Shown piece after piece: positions 25,488 to 35,137 of a DNA stretch of 64,000 bases. The stretch spans positions 248,001 through 312,000 of the forward strand of contig BROI01000002.1 in NCBI GenBank assembly GCA_027923505.1. The letters run 5' to 3'. This stretch comes from Mayamaea pseudoterrestris (taxonomy: Eukaryota). A program made the position numbers and the translations under genes. A model generated the notes under the pieces. It did not search any database and was not told the DNA's origin. It saw only the letters and a program-made list of their open reading frames with translations. Numbering within the stretch: the first letter of the stretch is position 1; the number at the start of each line of letters is the position of its first letter.

Positions 25488-26642
25488 ATGTCTGTCTCGC
25501 ATCGATCCTTGCGCATTGCGGCGTTCAATCTGCAAAAATTGTTGACTAACGAACAGCAGCAATTTCGCGTCATTTGCTTGACGCATCGCCGTTTCGCCAG
25601 CAATACGAAAGCATCATCAGCCCCAAGCTCCATACTCGTAAAGGACTGGAACAAGAGTAGGAATGAGCAGCAAACGAGTTTCTATGTAAATGTACGGTAC
25701 TTCCAGTCGAACAGCAGCAGCAGCAAACGAAATGACGACGACGAGTCAAAGCCGAAGAGTGCATCAGCAAATGCCAAGCCCCATGCACAAAATGATACTG
25801 CATCACCTACTACTACTTTTGCACCACAGCATCTCCCCATGAGTGTGTTGCAGCAAGCCAGGACTCCCGCCAATGTCATTACACTGACGCGCATCGTTTG
25901 CACACCACTCTTGTCCTACTTGATCATTCACAGCTACTCGATCGAGGCACTGGCCGGTTGCCTACTGGCGGGTCTTTCGGACGTGTTGGACGGCTACCTG
26001 GCGCGGCACTACCAGCAGTCCACGACGCTGGGAACCTTTTTGGATCCATTGGCCGATAAAATACTCATCAACGTGTTGAGTTTGTCGCTGTGGTCGCAGC
26101 AAGTGCTTCCGACTATGCTCGTGTCGCTGTGGTTGGTGCGAGATGTTGGACTCTTGGTGGGGTCGGTGCTCATTGTGAGGAACGAGCAGCGCAAGGCGAA
26201 ATTACAAAGTGCAAAGAGTAGCAATGACGCGGCTACTGGTAGTCGTGCCGACGATGACGCGGCTACAGTTGACAGTGACTACGCCGCCGCCGCCGCCGCT
26301 CCCATGGACTGGTCCAATTTACGACAAACCACCATTCAGGTCAAGCCCACCAACATTTCCAAAGCCAATACGGCGCTGCAATTCTTGACGCTGGGTGCGG
26401 CCATTGCCAGTCCACTATACATGGGCGGTGATGGTACAGATGTTGTCGTGACAACGTATTCTTCGTGCTGGGAAAACAATGTCTTGCTGCAGTCGCTCTG
26501 CTGGGCGACGGGATTGACTACCGTTGCTTCGGGTTTAAGCTATCTGCAGCATGATGCCTTTCAACGTAGCAGCAGCAGCAGCAGCAGCAGCAGCATCAAT
26601 ATTAAAGGAACGGATGGAGACAACGAAGCAACGAAAAAGTGA
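25488..26642 (+). CDS. CRLS1: CDP-alcohol phosphatidyltransferase, probable mitochondrial cardiolipin synthase
   Basis: TPANVITLTR, DVLDGYLAR..STTLGTFLDPLADK, VKPTNISKANTALQ; R/S-rich presequence. Confidence 0.8.
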   Translation: MSVSHRSLRIAAFNLQKLLTNEQQQFRVICLTHRRFASNTKASSAPSSILVKDWNKSRNEQQTSFYVNVRYFQSNSSSSKRNDDDESKPKSASANAKPHAQNDTASPTTTFAPQHLPMSVLQQARTPANVITLTRIVCTPLLSYLIIHSYSIEALAGCLLAGLSDVLDGYLARHYQQSTTLGTFLDPLADKILINVLSLSLWSQQVLPTMLVSLWLVRDVGLLVGSVLIVRNEQRKAKLQSAKSSNDAATGSRADDDAATVDSDYAAAAAAPMDWSNLRQTTIQVKPTNISKANTALQFLTLGAAIASPLYMGGDGTDVVVTTYSSCWENNVLLQSLCWATGLTTVASGLSYLQHDAFQRSSSSSSSSSINIKGTDGDNEATKK

Positions 26643-26984
26643 CGGGGAAAGCAACAAGGGCAAAGGTGGATCGAGCGCAAAAGTGAAAACAGTTTTTTCT
26701 TTAATGGTCACTTACATTGCTCGTGAGTTTTGGTACATACAGTTTTGTCATTGGATTTGGAGTCGAGGCGCCAAAGGTCGATCTCGGTGCCGTAAGAAGC
26801 AGCGCTCCGCGTGTACGCCGTCCCATCAAGCCACGATCGAAACGAATTGCAATCCACGATGCCAAACACGGGTTGATGCGCGCGATACACTGTTTCGCTG
26901 CGTGGAAACCGCGCTTGATTCTATTGCCACGGCTTGCATCATGCTCATTGATATCAAAAAGTAGTCGCCTTGTTGACGTTCATC

Positions 26985-27893
26985 ATGCCGCCCACGATGT
27001 TGCCAGCTCCAGCCACCGACAATGATGGTGTCGACGTTGAGTCCAAGGAGAGCAACGATGACAAGTCCAAGGAGAGCAACGATGACAAGTTTAAGGAGAG
27101 CAACGACGACCATCTCTTGCAAGATGACTTTGAGGAGGAGGAAGAAGATGATGATGAAGAAGAAGAGTTTGTTGATGACAACGACGACGACGATGACTAC
27201 GAGCCTGCCCCCAAGAAACGCAAGGCACCCAAGGCGCCATCGAAGGCCAGCGCGAAGAAGCCCAAGAAACGTGCTAGCGTCAAGGCGAAAAAGACTGCCA
27301 CGAAAAAGACCAAAGTAGCGGGCGGCTCCAAGAAGAAGCCTCGTAAAACTGGAGGAGGCAAGAGCATGTGCGGCAACCCGCAGGAGTGCATGCTCGTTGG
27401 ACTTGTCAAGATGGAAACGTATGGCATCAAGAGCGCTTCGCTTGATCACGTTGCCTTGTTTGCAAACTACACAAACAAGGATAGCCTTGGATCTAAAAAG
27501 GCAATCAAGGCATTGACGCAGGATGGAATGGTTGACGTGTCGGATGGAATGATGCGACTAACGGAGTGTGGACGGAACTCTGTCACGACTGTACCACCTG
27601 TTGTGAACCAGGCCGAGGCGCTGGAGCGCTTGCAGGAGATTGTCAAGTTGTTTTGTGGAAGCAAAGCGAATAAATCGGACTTTATTCTTGAGCAGCTTGG
27701 CAATGGGCAGAAATACGCCAAGAAGGCGCTCGGTTCTATCTGCGGCTATGCCAACGTTGACTCTCTCGGCTTTAAGAGCGTCTTGGCCATATTAAAGGAA
27801 CTTGGGCTTCTTGAAGACACGGAAGCAATTATGCTTAACGACAAGGCGTTTCCGTGTGGCCGCCCATCTGGAAGTGCCAGCGCTGAGAAGTAA
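26985..27893 (+). CDS. Acidic / Lys-rich (H1-tail-like) protein with tandem winged-helix domains, paralogue 1
   Basis: D/E tract, KAPKAPSKASAKKPKK tract, and internal repeat YTNKDSLGSKKAIKALTQDGMV..MRLTECG / YANVDSLGFKSVLAILKELGLL..LNDKAFP. Confidence 0.7.
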   Translation: MPPTMLPAPATDNDGVDVESKESNDDKSKESNDDKFKESNDDHLLQDDFEEEEEDDDEEEEFVDDNDDDDDYEPAPKKRKAPKAPSKASAKKPKKRASVKAKKTATKKTKVAGGSKKKPRKTGGGKSMCGNPQECMLVGLVKMETYGIKSASLDHVALFANYTNKDSLGSKKAIKALTQDGMVDVSDGMMRLTECGRNSVTTVPPVVNQAEALERLQEIVKLFCGSKANKSDFILEQLGNGQKYAKKALGSICGYANVDSLGFKSVLAILKELGLLEDTEAIMLNDKAFPCGRPSGSASAEK

Positions 27894-28350
27894 AGGCGCG
27901 TTTTTGAGGCAAACTTGCTGGTCCGGCTGTCTATCGACGCTTATTGTCGCCCGATATGTGACGCTATAATACTCATTAAGAAGGATAACTGATATACGAT
28001 TGCAGGGTAGATATTTACCGTTAATGTAACAGAACATTCTCATCGCGTTTGCAAAGCCGAAAGGTGATTTATCCAGAGGGTGTATGGATGGATCTTTCGC
28101 GTATATCCAGAGCTGTGGCAAGTCATTCTGCAAACGCCCGTCATGAATGAACAAAATTAAATAGACTGGCAACGAGAGACCAACGTATGTGCAAGCTGTG
28201 CAGGCATTGTTGAACAAGTTGTTGAAACGGATATAACACTGTCTTGCTATAACAATTACTACAGTCAACGTTGTGTTGTCATGAAACTAAGTATTTCCAA
28301 ATGTCGCGTCGTTGCGGAGCAAAACGCAGCCATAGACTCACATCGCTAGT

Positions 28351-30060
28351 TTACTCGTTTCGACGAGCCTTCTTTCTTGATGCAACGCCGCCACCACCAG
28401 CAATGGCAGCTTCCTCCTCCAATGCCGGTCGCTTCTTGCCTTCCCATTCGCCTCCAATTTCATCTTCTTCATCCTTGCTACCTTCATCGTCTCCATCATT
28501 GACGCCATCATCATCCATTCCTAGGCCACTTGTTGTATCCACTCGATCTTCCGCAGCTGCCGCGGCACCATTACCTGGAACAGCATGCCCATTTTCACCA
28601 TGCTCGACTGCCAATCGCGCGGCTCGCTCACTCTCCTCCAAATACTTGCGCTCGGCTGCCGCTTGCGCCTCGTCGCTCTCCATGACAACGGCATGACGCA
28701 GCATGACGGCTTCCGTCTCCTGTCGCAGCAAGCAAATCATGGCAACCCACTCGTCATTCTTGATGCGCGTGTGGCAAATCTTGCGCCATAGCGACTCGTT
28801 TCCGACGTGCTCCTTAACAAGTTCAAACTGCAATAGTGCAGCCTCCTGCTGAAGCTTGGCGCGGCGAGCGACTGCCAGCGAATCCTTGCCAAGACCTTTT
28901 GCAGCAATGGCAGCATCCAGTTCCATCTTGTTTTCGTTATCGTCCGCAACATCCTCTTCTTCATCTTCACTTGGCAAATGACTCGGTAGCCACGTCAATG
29001 AATGCTTGTTGGCGCCAAAAGCTCCATTAGTCCCAAAGGCAATGGACTTTTCGGGAGCCGACTCGGAGTGCGCCAAGCTTGACACAAGCAGTGGAACGCC
29101 ATGCGGCGTGCTTGGTTCCGTCGTGCAAGTCCATGTTATGTTTTGCTTTTTGCTGCCACCAGTGGTTGTCTTGGCAGTCGCCTGCTTTAAACCTTCCTCC
29201 ACCTTGTTCCATGCCAAGTAGAGTGCATTGTCCGTAATTGCAGCTGCCTCATTGGCACTTGCAGCAGCAGCAGTTGCCGTATCAGTGTCCATTGCACTAC
29301 TATTACCAATACTACTAATTGCTTTCAATCGATGCGTCAACAACGCATGCACGTCACGCACCATTTGCAGTCGCGCCCGCATCAATCCCACGGCACGACT
29401 GCATTTTGTCAAGGTTTGCTGCAGCAACCCAACGCAGTCACTCCTTTGCTCCAGTTGAGTTTGCAGTACATGGCTAATGTGCACAAAGTGTGCCCGCAAC
29501 GAAATGTACTGCTGCTCCAAGTCCTCGCGCAAGCATTCGGCCCGGTGAATCTTGCGGCGGAGTGCGAGCAGTCGCTTTTCTTCCTCGGGATCAATGCGTA
29601 CGGGGAGCGAGTGAATGAGTGATGATGATGGCGATGCATGATGCTGCTGCAAGTTGTTGTTATTGTTTGGTGCTGTAGCTGAAGCTAATGATGATGACAC
29701 ATTGTTTGCTGCCGCTGAAGAGGATCCATACGCGTCGAGTGTGGATGGACCAAGCGATGATGCTGCTCCTCCTTGCAATCCGCCGTTATTATTGACTGCC
29801 AAATAGAATTGCTGCCGATACGAAATGACAGCGTTCCGATAGGCTCCAAAATGCAGCAAGTCCTTGTCAATTTCGTTCGCCTGGAGTGACGACAGTGGTT
29901 TGGCCGGCAGGTAGCGACTAATATAGCCACGAGCGAGTAGCATGGTTGGGTCATTGTTGTTGTTACTCAAAGTACTTGAATGAGTATTAGTGTGACTTGC
30001 AGAAACCTTTATGGCGGATCGCTTGGTGTTTGCCGTGGCAACGGAAGGACGGTCACGCAT
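28351..30060 (-). CDS. Coiled-coil protein of unknown function with C-terminal basic NLS-like end; a 5' exon may lie upstream
   Basis: 569-aa ORF with PVRIDPEEEKRL and helical segments; ends RKKARRNE. Confidence 0.6.
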   Translation of the reverse strand: MRDRPSVATANTKRSAIKVSASHTNTHSSTLSNNNNDPTMLLARGYISRYLPAKPLSSLQANEIDKDLLHFGAYRNAVISYRQQFYLAVNNNGGLQGGAASSLGPSTLDAYGSSSAAANNVSSSLASATAPNNNNNLQQHHASPSSSLIHSLPVRIDPEEEKRLLALRRKIHRAECLREDLEQQYISLRAHFVHISHVLQTQLEQRSDCVGLLQQTLTKCSRAVGLMRARLQMVRDVHALLTHRLKAISSIGNSSAMDTDTATAAAASANEAAAITDNALYLAWNKVEEGLKQATAKTTTGGSKKQNITWTCTTEPSTPHGVPLLVSSLAHSESAPEKSIAFGTNGAFGANKHSLTWLPSHLPSEDEEEDVADDNENKMELDAAIAAKGLGKDSLAVARRAKLQQEAALLQFELVKEHVGNESLWRKICHTRIKNDEWVAMICLLRQETEAVMLRHAVVMESDEAQAAAERKYLEESERAARLAVEHGENGHAVPGNGAAAAAEDRVDTTSGLGMDDDGVNDGDDEGSKDEEDEIGGEWEGKKRPALEEEAAIAGGGGVASRKKARRNE

Positions 30061-31171
30061 ATTGGAAAAAAGCTTGCAAGTCTAGCAGCTGCACCAGAAA
30101 AGAGACAGTACAAATAGTGTGATGAGAATGAGATTTGGAACGAACAAATATATAAGTTGCACGACGGCCAAGACTCTATTAGGTGGAAACGTCAAGGATT
30201 AGAAAGCACCATCCAGTCATGACGATGACTTGACTTGGCAATGGAAAAGGACGTCATGGACAAGGCTCGTCTAACAATGATATACAAAAGAGTCTTGCTA
30301 CGCTCCTTGCAATGATTTTTTATTCGCAAAGAGTCTTAAAAAGGATAGCGCAAAGGAGGAGGAGAAGAGGAATCTCGTCATCACTCATGGAGCCGTTTGA
30401 TTCGCCGGTTTGACTCACCTCTTTTCTCAACGACAGATTCCTTACTCTGCTCTGTGCAATCACTGCAGCAGTAGCAGCGAGCCTTTCAATCGAATCAAGC
30501 CGCTCTTCCTCTTGTTACAGATGTATAGGGAGAGAGCCGAACAGTGCCTGCGGTCGAAGGAGGCGAGAGGGTTGGTTGACGTTTCGTGATATCGCGCGCG
30601 CGCAGGCCAAACGTGACTCGATTGCATCCGTGACAGCCAAGGAAGACATCCGGTACGACATATATCTTCCGCAGACCTATTCATCTATCTCTTCTTGTCA
30701 ACATAATATGCAATTCCCTATGTCGAGCCTTATCTTGGCCGGTGAAAACTTAGGTGAAAATTTTCATGTTAGCCGCAACAAATCGATCGAACGACTTGTC
30801 TCGCATGCAAGCCTCACGGATGAGCTTTTCTTCGTTTTTGTTTGCTATCATACAAAGGTTCCTCCGTTAAAGTTGAACTCGGAGCATGTGCTTGTTGTTA
30901 ATGGTTTAGCAAATAATTGAATATATATTGTTGAATCTTTAATTAAGATGTTCACCAACAATTTAGCTAACGACAATTTTTACGATTCAAGCTGAACGTG
31001 CACCTTGACTCGAAGCAGCCACGATCGAAGTGAACCACGATGTCCTGTGTCTACATAGGTGAACTTTTCGGTTCAGTTTTCCACGCTGCGTGGGTGTAAC
31101 TTAGATCCGCCGGCCAATGTCTGCATTATTTTCACAGATCGCTTTCGTAAAACGCTTTTGAAGTTCCCACC

Positions 31172-32020
31172 ATGCCTGCCATGTCGAAACATCTTGCTTA
31201 TTCGAAAGTTGTGGACCACCATAACGAGAGCGGCGGCAATGCCTTTTACGACGAGGATACTGATAAGGAGTATGCACCGGGAGCGGAGACTAAGAAGCGC
31301 AAAGCTTCCAAGCTGTCAAAAAAGTCGGCCGCCAAGACCGTGGTCAAGAAAGCAGCTTCTGTGAAGGCCAAGACCGTAGTCAAGAAAGCAGCTTCTGTGA
31401 AGGCCAAGACCGTGGTCAAGAAAGCAGCATCTGTGAATGCCAAAGCCACTTTCGAGAAGAAAAAGGTCACTGACACCAAGACGGATGGCAAACTGACCAA
31501 AAGCGAGCGCCAGGCATCGATGATCACCGAACTCATTAAGCTTGAGGAATTTACTGTCAAGGAGGTTTCTTTCAAGGTAGCTGCCATGTTTGCCAGCTAC
31601 TCGAACCACGAAAGTGCTGGATTCAAAAGCATGCGCGAATCTTTGGCGGAGGAAGGATCGATTGATCTCTTGAAAGGGAAAAAATTGCGCTTGACCGAAC
31701 ATGGCAAAAATTTGTTTACTGTGCCGCCCTTAAAAGACGCGGCTGAGGCCTTGCAACGTTTCCAAGAGCTAGTTAAAATGGTAAACGAAAGTAGTGCTCC
31801 CCACTCAGACGCGATTATCGCGCGCCTCTATGACGGTCAGGTACATTCTAAAGAGGCACTCGCGGCGGCTTTCAATTACAAGAATGTGGGATCGCTTGGC
31901 TTTAAGAGCGTCTTCACCACATTGAAGAAATTCGGGTTTCTCGAGAAGGGCCAGGGGATCAAGCTCAAGCACAACGCTTTCCCCCTCGGACCTCTGATGG
32001 GTGACGGCAGCAGCGAGTAG
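31172..32020 (+). CDS. Lys-rich (H1-tail-like) tandem winged-helix protein, paralogue 2
   Basis: (AKTVVKKAASVK)x3; YSNHESAGFKSMRESLAEEG..LRLTEHG / YKNVGSLGFKSVFTTLKKFGFL..LKHNAFP. Clearly homologous to 26985-27893. Confidence 0.7.
   Translation: MPAMSKHLAYSKVVDHHNESGGNAFYDEDTDKEYAPGAETKKRKASKLSKKSAAKTVVKKAASVKAKTVVKKAASVKAKTVVKKAASVNAKATFEKKKVTDTKTDGKLTKSERQASMITELIKLEEFTVKEVSFKVAAMFASYSNHESAGFKSMRESLAEEGSIDLLKGKKLRLTEHGKNLFTVPPLKDAAEALQRFQELVKMVNESSAPHSDAIIARLYDGQVHSKEALAAAFNYKNVGSLGFKSVFTTLKKFGFLEKGQGIKLKHNAFPLGPLMGDGSSE
31331..31443 (+). repeat. 36-bp coding tandem repeat x3
   Basis: GCCAAGACCGTGGTCAAGAAAGCAGCTTCTGTGAAG units at 31331, 31367 and 31403. Confidence 0.9.
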
Positions 32021-32462
32021 ACGGATCGAAGAAATCCTCCGTTCTTTCTGTCGATGCGTGTTGTGGCTCGATATGTGAAGAACAATGGCTTATTCGGGTA
32101 AGATAGCCAAAATAACGACAATAAAGTTGAATTATTTAAAAAAAATCGCAATAACCTGTAGCAAAATAGTTAGTCCGTGCTGCCATGCGAAATCCACTTC
32201 TTTCGTTCGTCCATTGCTGGATCGTCGCCATGTTGGATCAGAGGAGCAGGACACAAAGCCACTTCCGGGCAAGACTATGCTGGCTCTCCGTGACAGTATT
32301 TCGCGGCGAAGACCACAATTTACACGTCGCGCCGGGAGTGGCTGCCGCGCTAAAACGCTGGTGACTGGGCGTTTTAATAGAGCATAAAGATTTAAAAAAC
32401 CGCTGCGTTCGCGCTCGTAGATCGTCGCTTCTCGTTATCTCAAGCAGCTAGACGCCAAAACT

Positions 32463-32975
32463 ATGAAAATCGGCCCAGCCGATCCCTCTAATGACCTCGA
32501 ACCCACGATTAGCTTGTGGGAGGAGCTAAGTCTTTTGTCGATCTCTCGGCGCCAAGCGATCCTCGTCCGGTATCGCTTTGCTGAGGTTATGCGCGAGCTT
32601 ACACACGTGGACAAGATGAAGTTTCCCACTCCAGACGCAGTTTGTCTCACTGATGAGGTAGAGCACGACTTTGCTCCGGTCGAACCGCCTGAAACTAACG
32701 CCGAGGCGTTGTCGCGTCTTCGAAGTGAAGTTTTTACCCTCGGTCGTTTCGTAAAAACGCGAGCCATTTTCAAATTCCTCAGTGACGGCCAGAAGCATTC
32801 GCAGGCTGCGATGGCCAAAGCATTCGGCTTAGAAGTTGATAACAAAAAGATATCGCGCCCTCTATTGATGATGGAAGACCTTGATATTCTCGTCCGCATT
32901 GACAATGACACGATAATGCTGGCTGACGTTGCCTTTCCCATGGGCCGACCTGATGGTGGCGCCGGCGGCGAGTAA
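32463..32975 (+). CDS. Short, divergent winged-helix paralogue 3 (may be a pseudogene)
   Basis: VEPPETNAEALSRL..LSDGQKHSQAAMA..IMLADVAFPMGRP aligns to paralogue 1 VPPVVNQAEALERL..LGNGQKY..IMLNDKAFPCGRP. Confidence 0.55.
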   Translation: MKIGPADPSNDLEPTISLWEELSLLSISRRQAILVRYRFAEVMRELTHVDKMKFPTPDAVCLTDEVEHDFAPVEPPETNAEALSRLRSEVFTLGRFVKTRAIFKFLSDGQKHSQAAMAKAFGLEVDNKKISRPLLMMEDLDILVRIDNDTIMLADVAFPMGRPDGGAGGE

Positions 32976-33140
32976 TTGCGCACAATGACCATGTGCCACT
33001 CTTTGAGACTTGCTCACTTATCTTCGCTGGCTGGCGCGATACTTGTATAATTGTAGAGCTTCTTTAAAACAAACTTGTGTAACTGAAACACTTTTATAAC
33101 AACGTCTTCATCTAAAAATTGTCGACGGCAAAAAACCCAA

Positions 33141-34718
33141 CTATGGAGCGCACACGGCGCTCGTGCCGCAAACCAATCCATCATTGCATTGGCAATCCTT
33201 GCTGCAAACCTCTCCAACGTTTACTCCAGTAATGTTGAGTGGAATAAAGGTAAAGTCATCAATTACCACTTGCGTCACTGTTGTATTGGACGGATACTCG
33301 GAATGCGCAATGGCTCCTTTAAAGTTCCAAAGGTTGATGCGAATCTCGACATTGGCCGGCAAGCATTGTATGCGATCCTCAGCACCGGCCGCGAGTGCTT
33401 TTTGCGTCGAGTACGAGTACTTGGTTCCGGCGCCCGCCGACGTGTACCAATCCATTTGCGTCGGCTGCCAGGTAAACTCGTACGTGTGATTGGCCTGGTC
33501 AAAGGTTGTTCCATCGCTGGCACCGGCACTATTGAATCGCGTGTAGTGCCCTCGCTCGGGCGGCTGCACAAGAAACTGAACGTCATATGTTTGGGCGCTT
33601 CCAAATCGTGACACTTCAATGTCCACTTCATGATTAAAGTTTTCATGAATGGTATAATTTTCAGTATCGTCCCAGGAAAACATGCCAAGGACCAAATCCT
33701 TGTCCAGGTAATTGGCGTAGATTTCGTTCGTTTCACTGTCGTAGGTGACAATCTCCTTGACATGCCACGAGTACGTTCCATACATGAAGGATTGCTTGTT
33801 GGGTAGCACGACGCGAACTTCACTTGCCATCCAGTTATTGTCAATGAGCTTGTACTCCAACGTCAATTCGCTGCCGCTATCATCCACGCTAACTGTCTGA
33901 TTGGTAAAGTAGTTGCCACCTGGATCGCAAACGTAGTCATTCTGCTTTACTTCCACCTGCATGTTTTGCGTCCAAACGTTTCTGTAAATAGTTCGGTGAT
34001 TGTATGGTGGATAGCAGTAGTGACTCGCCGCCAATAGTGCTGGATCGTATGTGGGAGCAGACGTTGGTGTAATGGTGGTTGCTAAAGCTGTTGGAGATGT
34101 TGTTGGAGTATTTGTAGACGATGCAGTTTCATCGTCGTTCATGGATCCTCCATCATCATTTGTTGCTACGCATGAATCTGCGTGACAGACGGAACAAACA
34201 GCATAGGTAGATGAAATGGACTTGCAGGCTTGCCGCCTCGAAACTCCATCAGACTCCATCAAGGCAAGAACGCTCGAGCCACAAGTCTCCGTCGTCGAGG
34301 AAGAAACGAGCGCATTCCAAACGGTTTGATCGCAGAGTGAGCAGCCGCAGTGGCCCTTTTCGCTGTTGTCGACTGGGCTTTCGCCGCCAATGAATTCCTG
34401 CGCCGTCAAGCCGGCTCGAGTCAGTGACTCTCGATTCTCTTGGACGGCTTGCGAAAGCGTGGCAAGTATTTGAGAAGTGCGATGGTGAAGTGGATATTGA
34501 ACTACATTATCATCCTTGTTGTTGCTTTGCATGCGTCGCTCATCTTGACTGTTTCTGTTGGTGTTGTCGTTATTCGAAGCAATTGGAAGAGTCGAGCTGC
34601 TTTTGTCGTCAGTGAATGATGATTGTTGCTGTTGGTGCTGATTGTCGAGTATCGGTGGACGAGCTGAAACAAGCAATTGCTTATGACATCCGAGTAGTAG
34701 CAGAAGTCTTATCCTCAT
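33141..34718 (-). CDS. Secreted GH16-family glycoside hydrolase with Cys-rich N-terminal module
   Basis: Signal peptide MRIRLLLLLG; CGCSLC..TCG..AC..CSVCH module; T/P linker; YGTYSW, LVLGMFSW, catalytic HEVDIEVSRFG (ExDxE), HTYEFTWQP, RINLW. Confidence 0.75.
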   Translation of the reverse strand: MRIRLLLLLGCHKQLLVSARPPILDNQHQQQQSSFTDDKSSSTLPIASNNDNTNRNSQDERRMQSNNKDDNVVQYPLHHRTSQILATLSQAVQENRESLTRAGLTAQEFIGGESPVDNSEKGHCGCSLCDQTVWNALVSSSTTETCGSSVLALMESDGVSRRQACKSISSTYAVCSVCHADSCVATNDDGGSMNDDETASSTNTPTTSPTALATTITPTSAPTYDPALLAASHYCYPPYNHRTIYRNVWTQNMQVEVKQNDYVCDPGGNYFTNQTVSVDDSGSELTLEYKLIDNNWMASEVRVVLPNKQSFMYGTYSWHVKEIVTYDSETNEIYANYLDKDLVLGMFSWDDTENYTIHENFNHEVDIEVSRFGSAQTYDVQFLVQPPERGHYTRFNSAGASDGTTFDQANHTYEFTWQPTQMDWYTSAGAGTKYSYSTQKALAAGAEDRIQCLPANVEIRINLWNFKGAIAHSEYPSNTTVTQVVIDDFTFIPLNITGVNVGEVCSKDCQCNDGLVCGTSAVCAP

Positions 34719-35137
34719 GGTGACTATAAGAAGCAAGCAAAAAGTAAATGAAGAAGATTCAAGACTTGTTCGGAAGAAAATGGTCGGTCGTCCATCTCGC
34801 GCTTGCCAATCACCGTTTCGGCGGGTATGCCGACGCGCGCGCCAGCCGGGTGCCGTTACCCCATCATGCACGATCACTCATATAGTTCCGATGCGGACAT
34901 ACTAGCAAACCAGCTGGTAACGTAAACTGACGCAATCTGGCGTGTTGAGTAAAGCCCCTTCATTTCGGAGTTACTATCAATGAACCACGACTAAATAACA
35001 TATTGCCCCTCCAAGCAGTCATTCTGCCATCGGGATGCGCATGACCGCGACGCGACGTCCAGTCGATGATTCGATGCAACCTGCAAACAGTCGATCCATA
35101 AATCCTTGTTGCCTGTCGACAACGAGTCACTTTGATC

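Noticed and set aside
26568..26595. (AGC)n and other trinucleotide runs
   Set aside because: Ordinary low-complexity poly-Ser/Gln/Asn coding tracts, common throughout this window.
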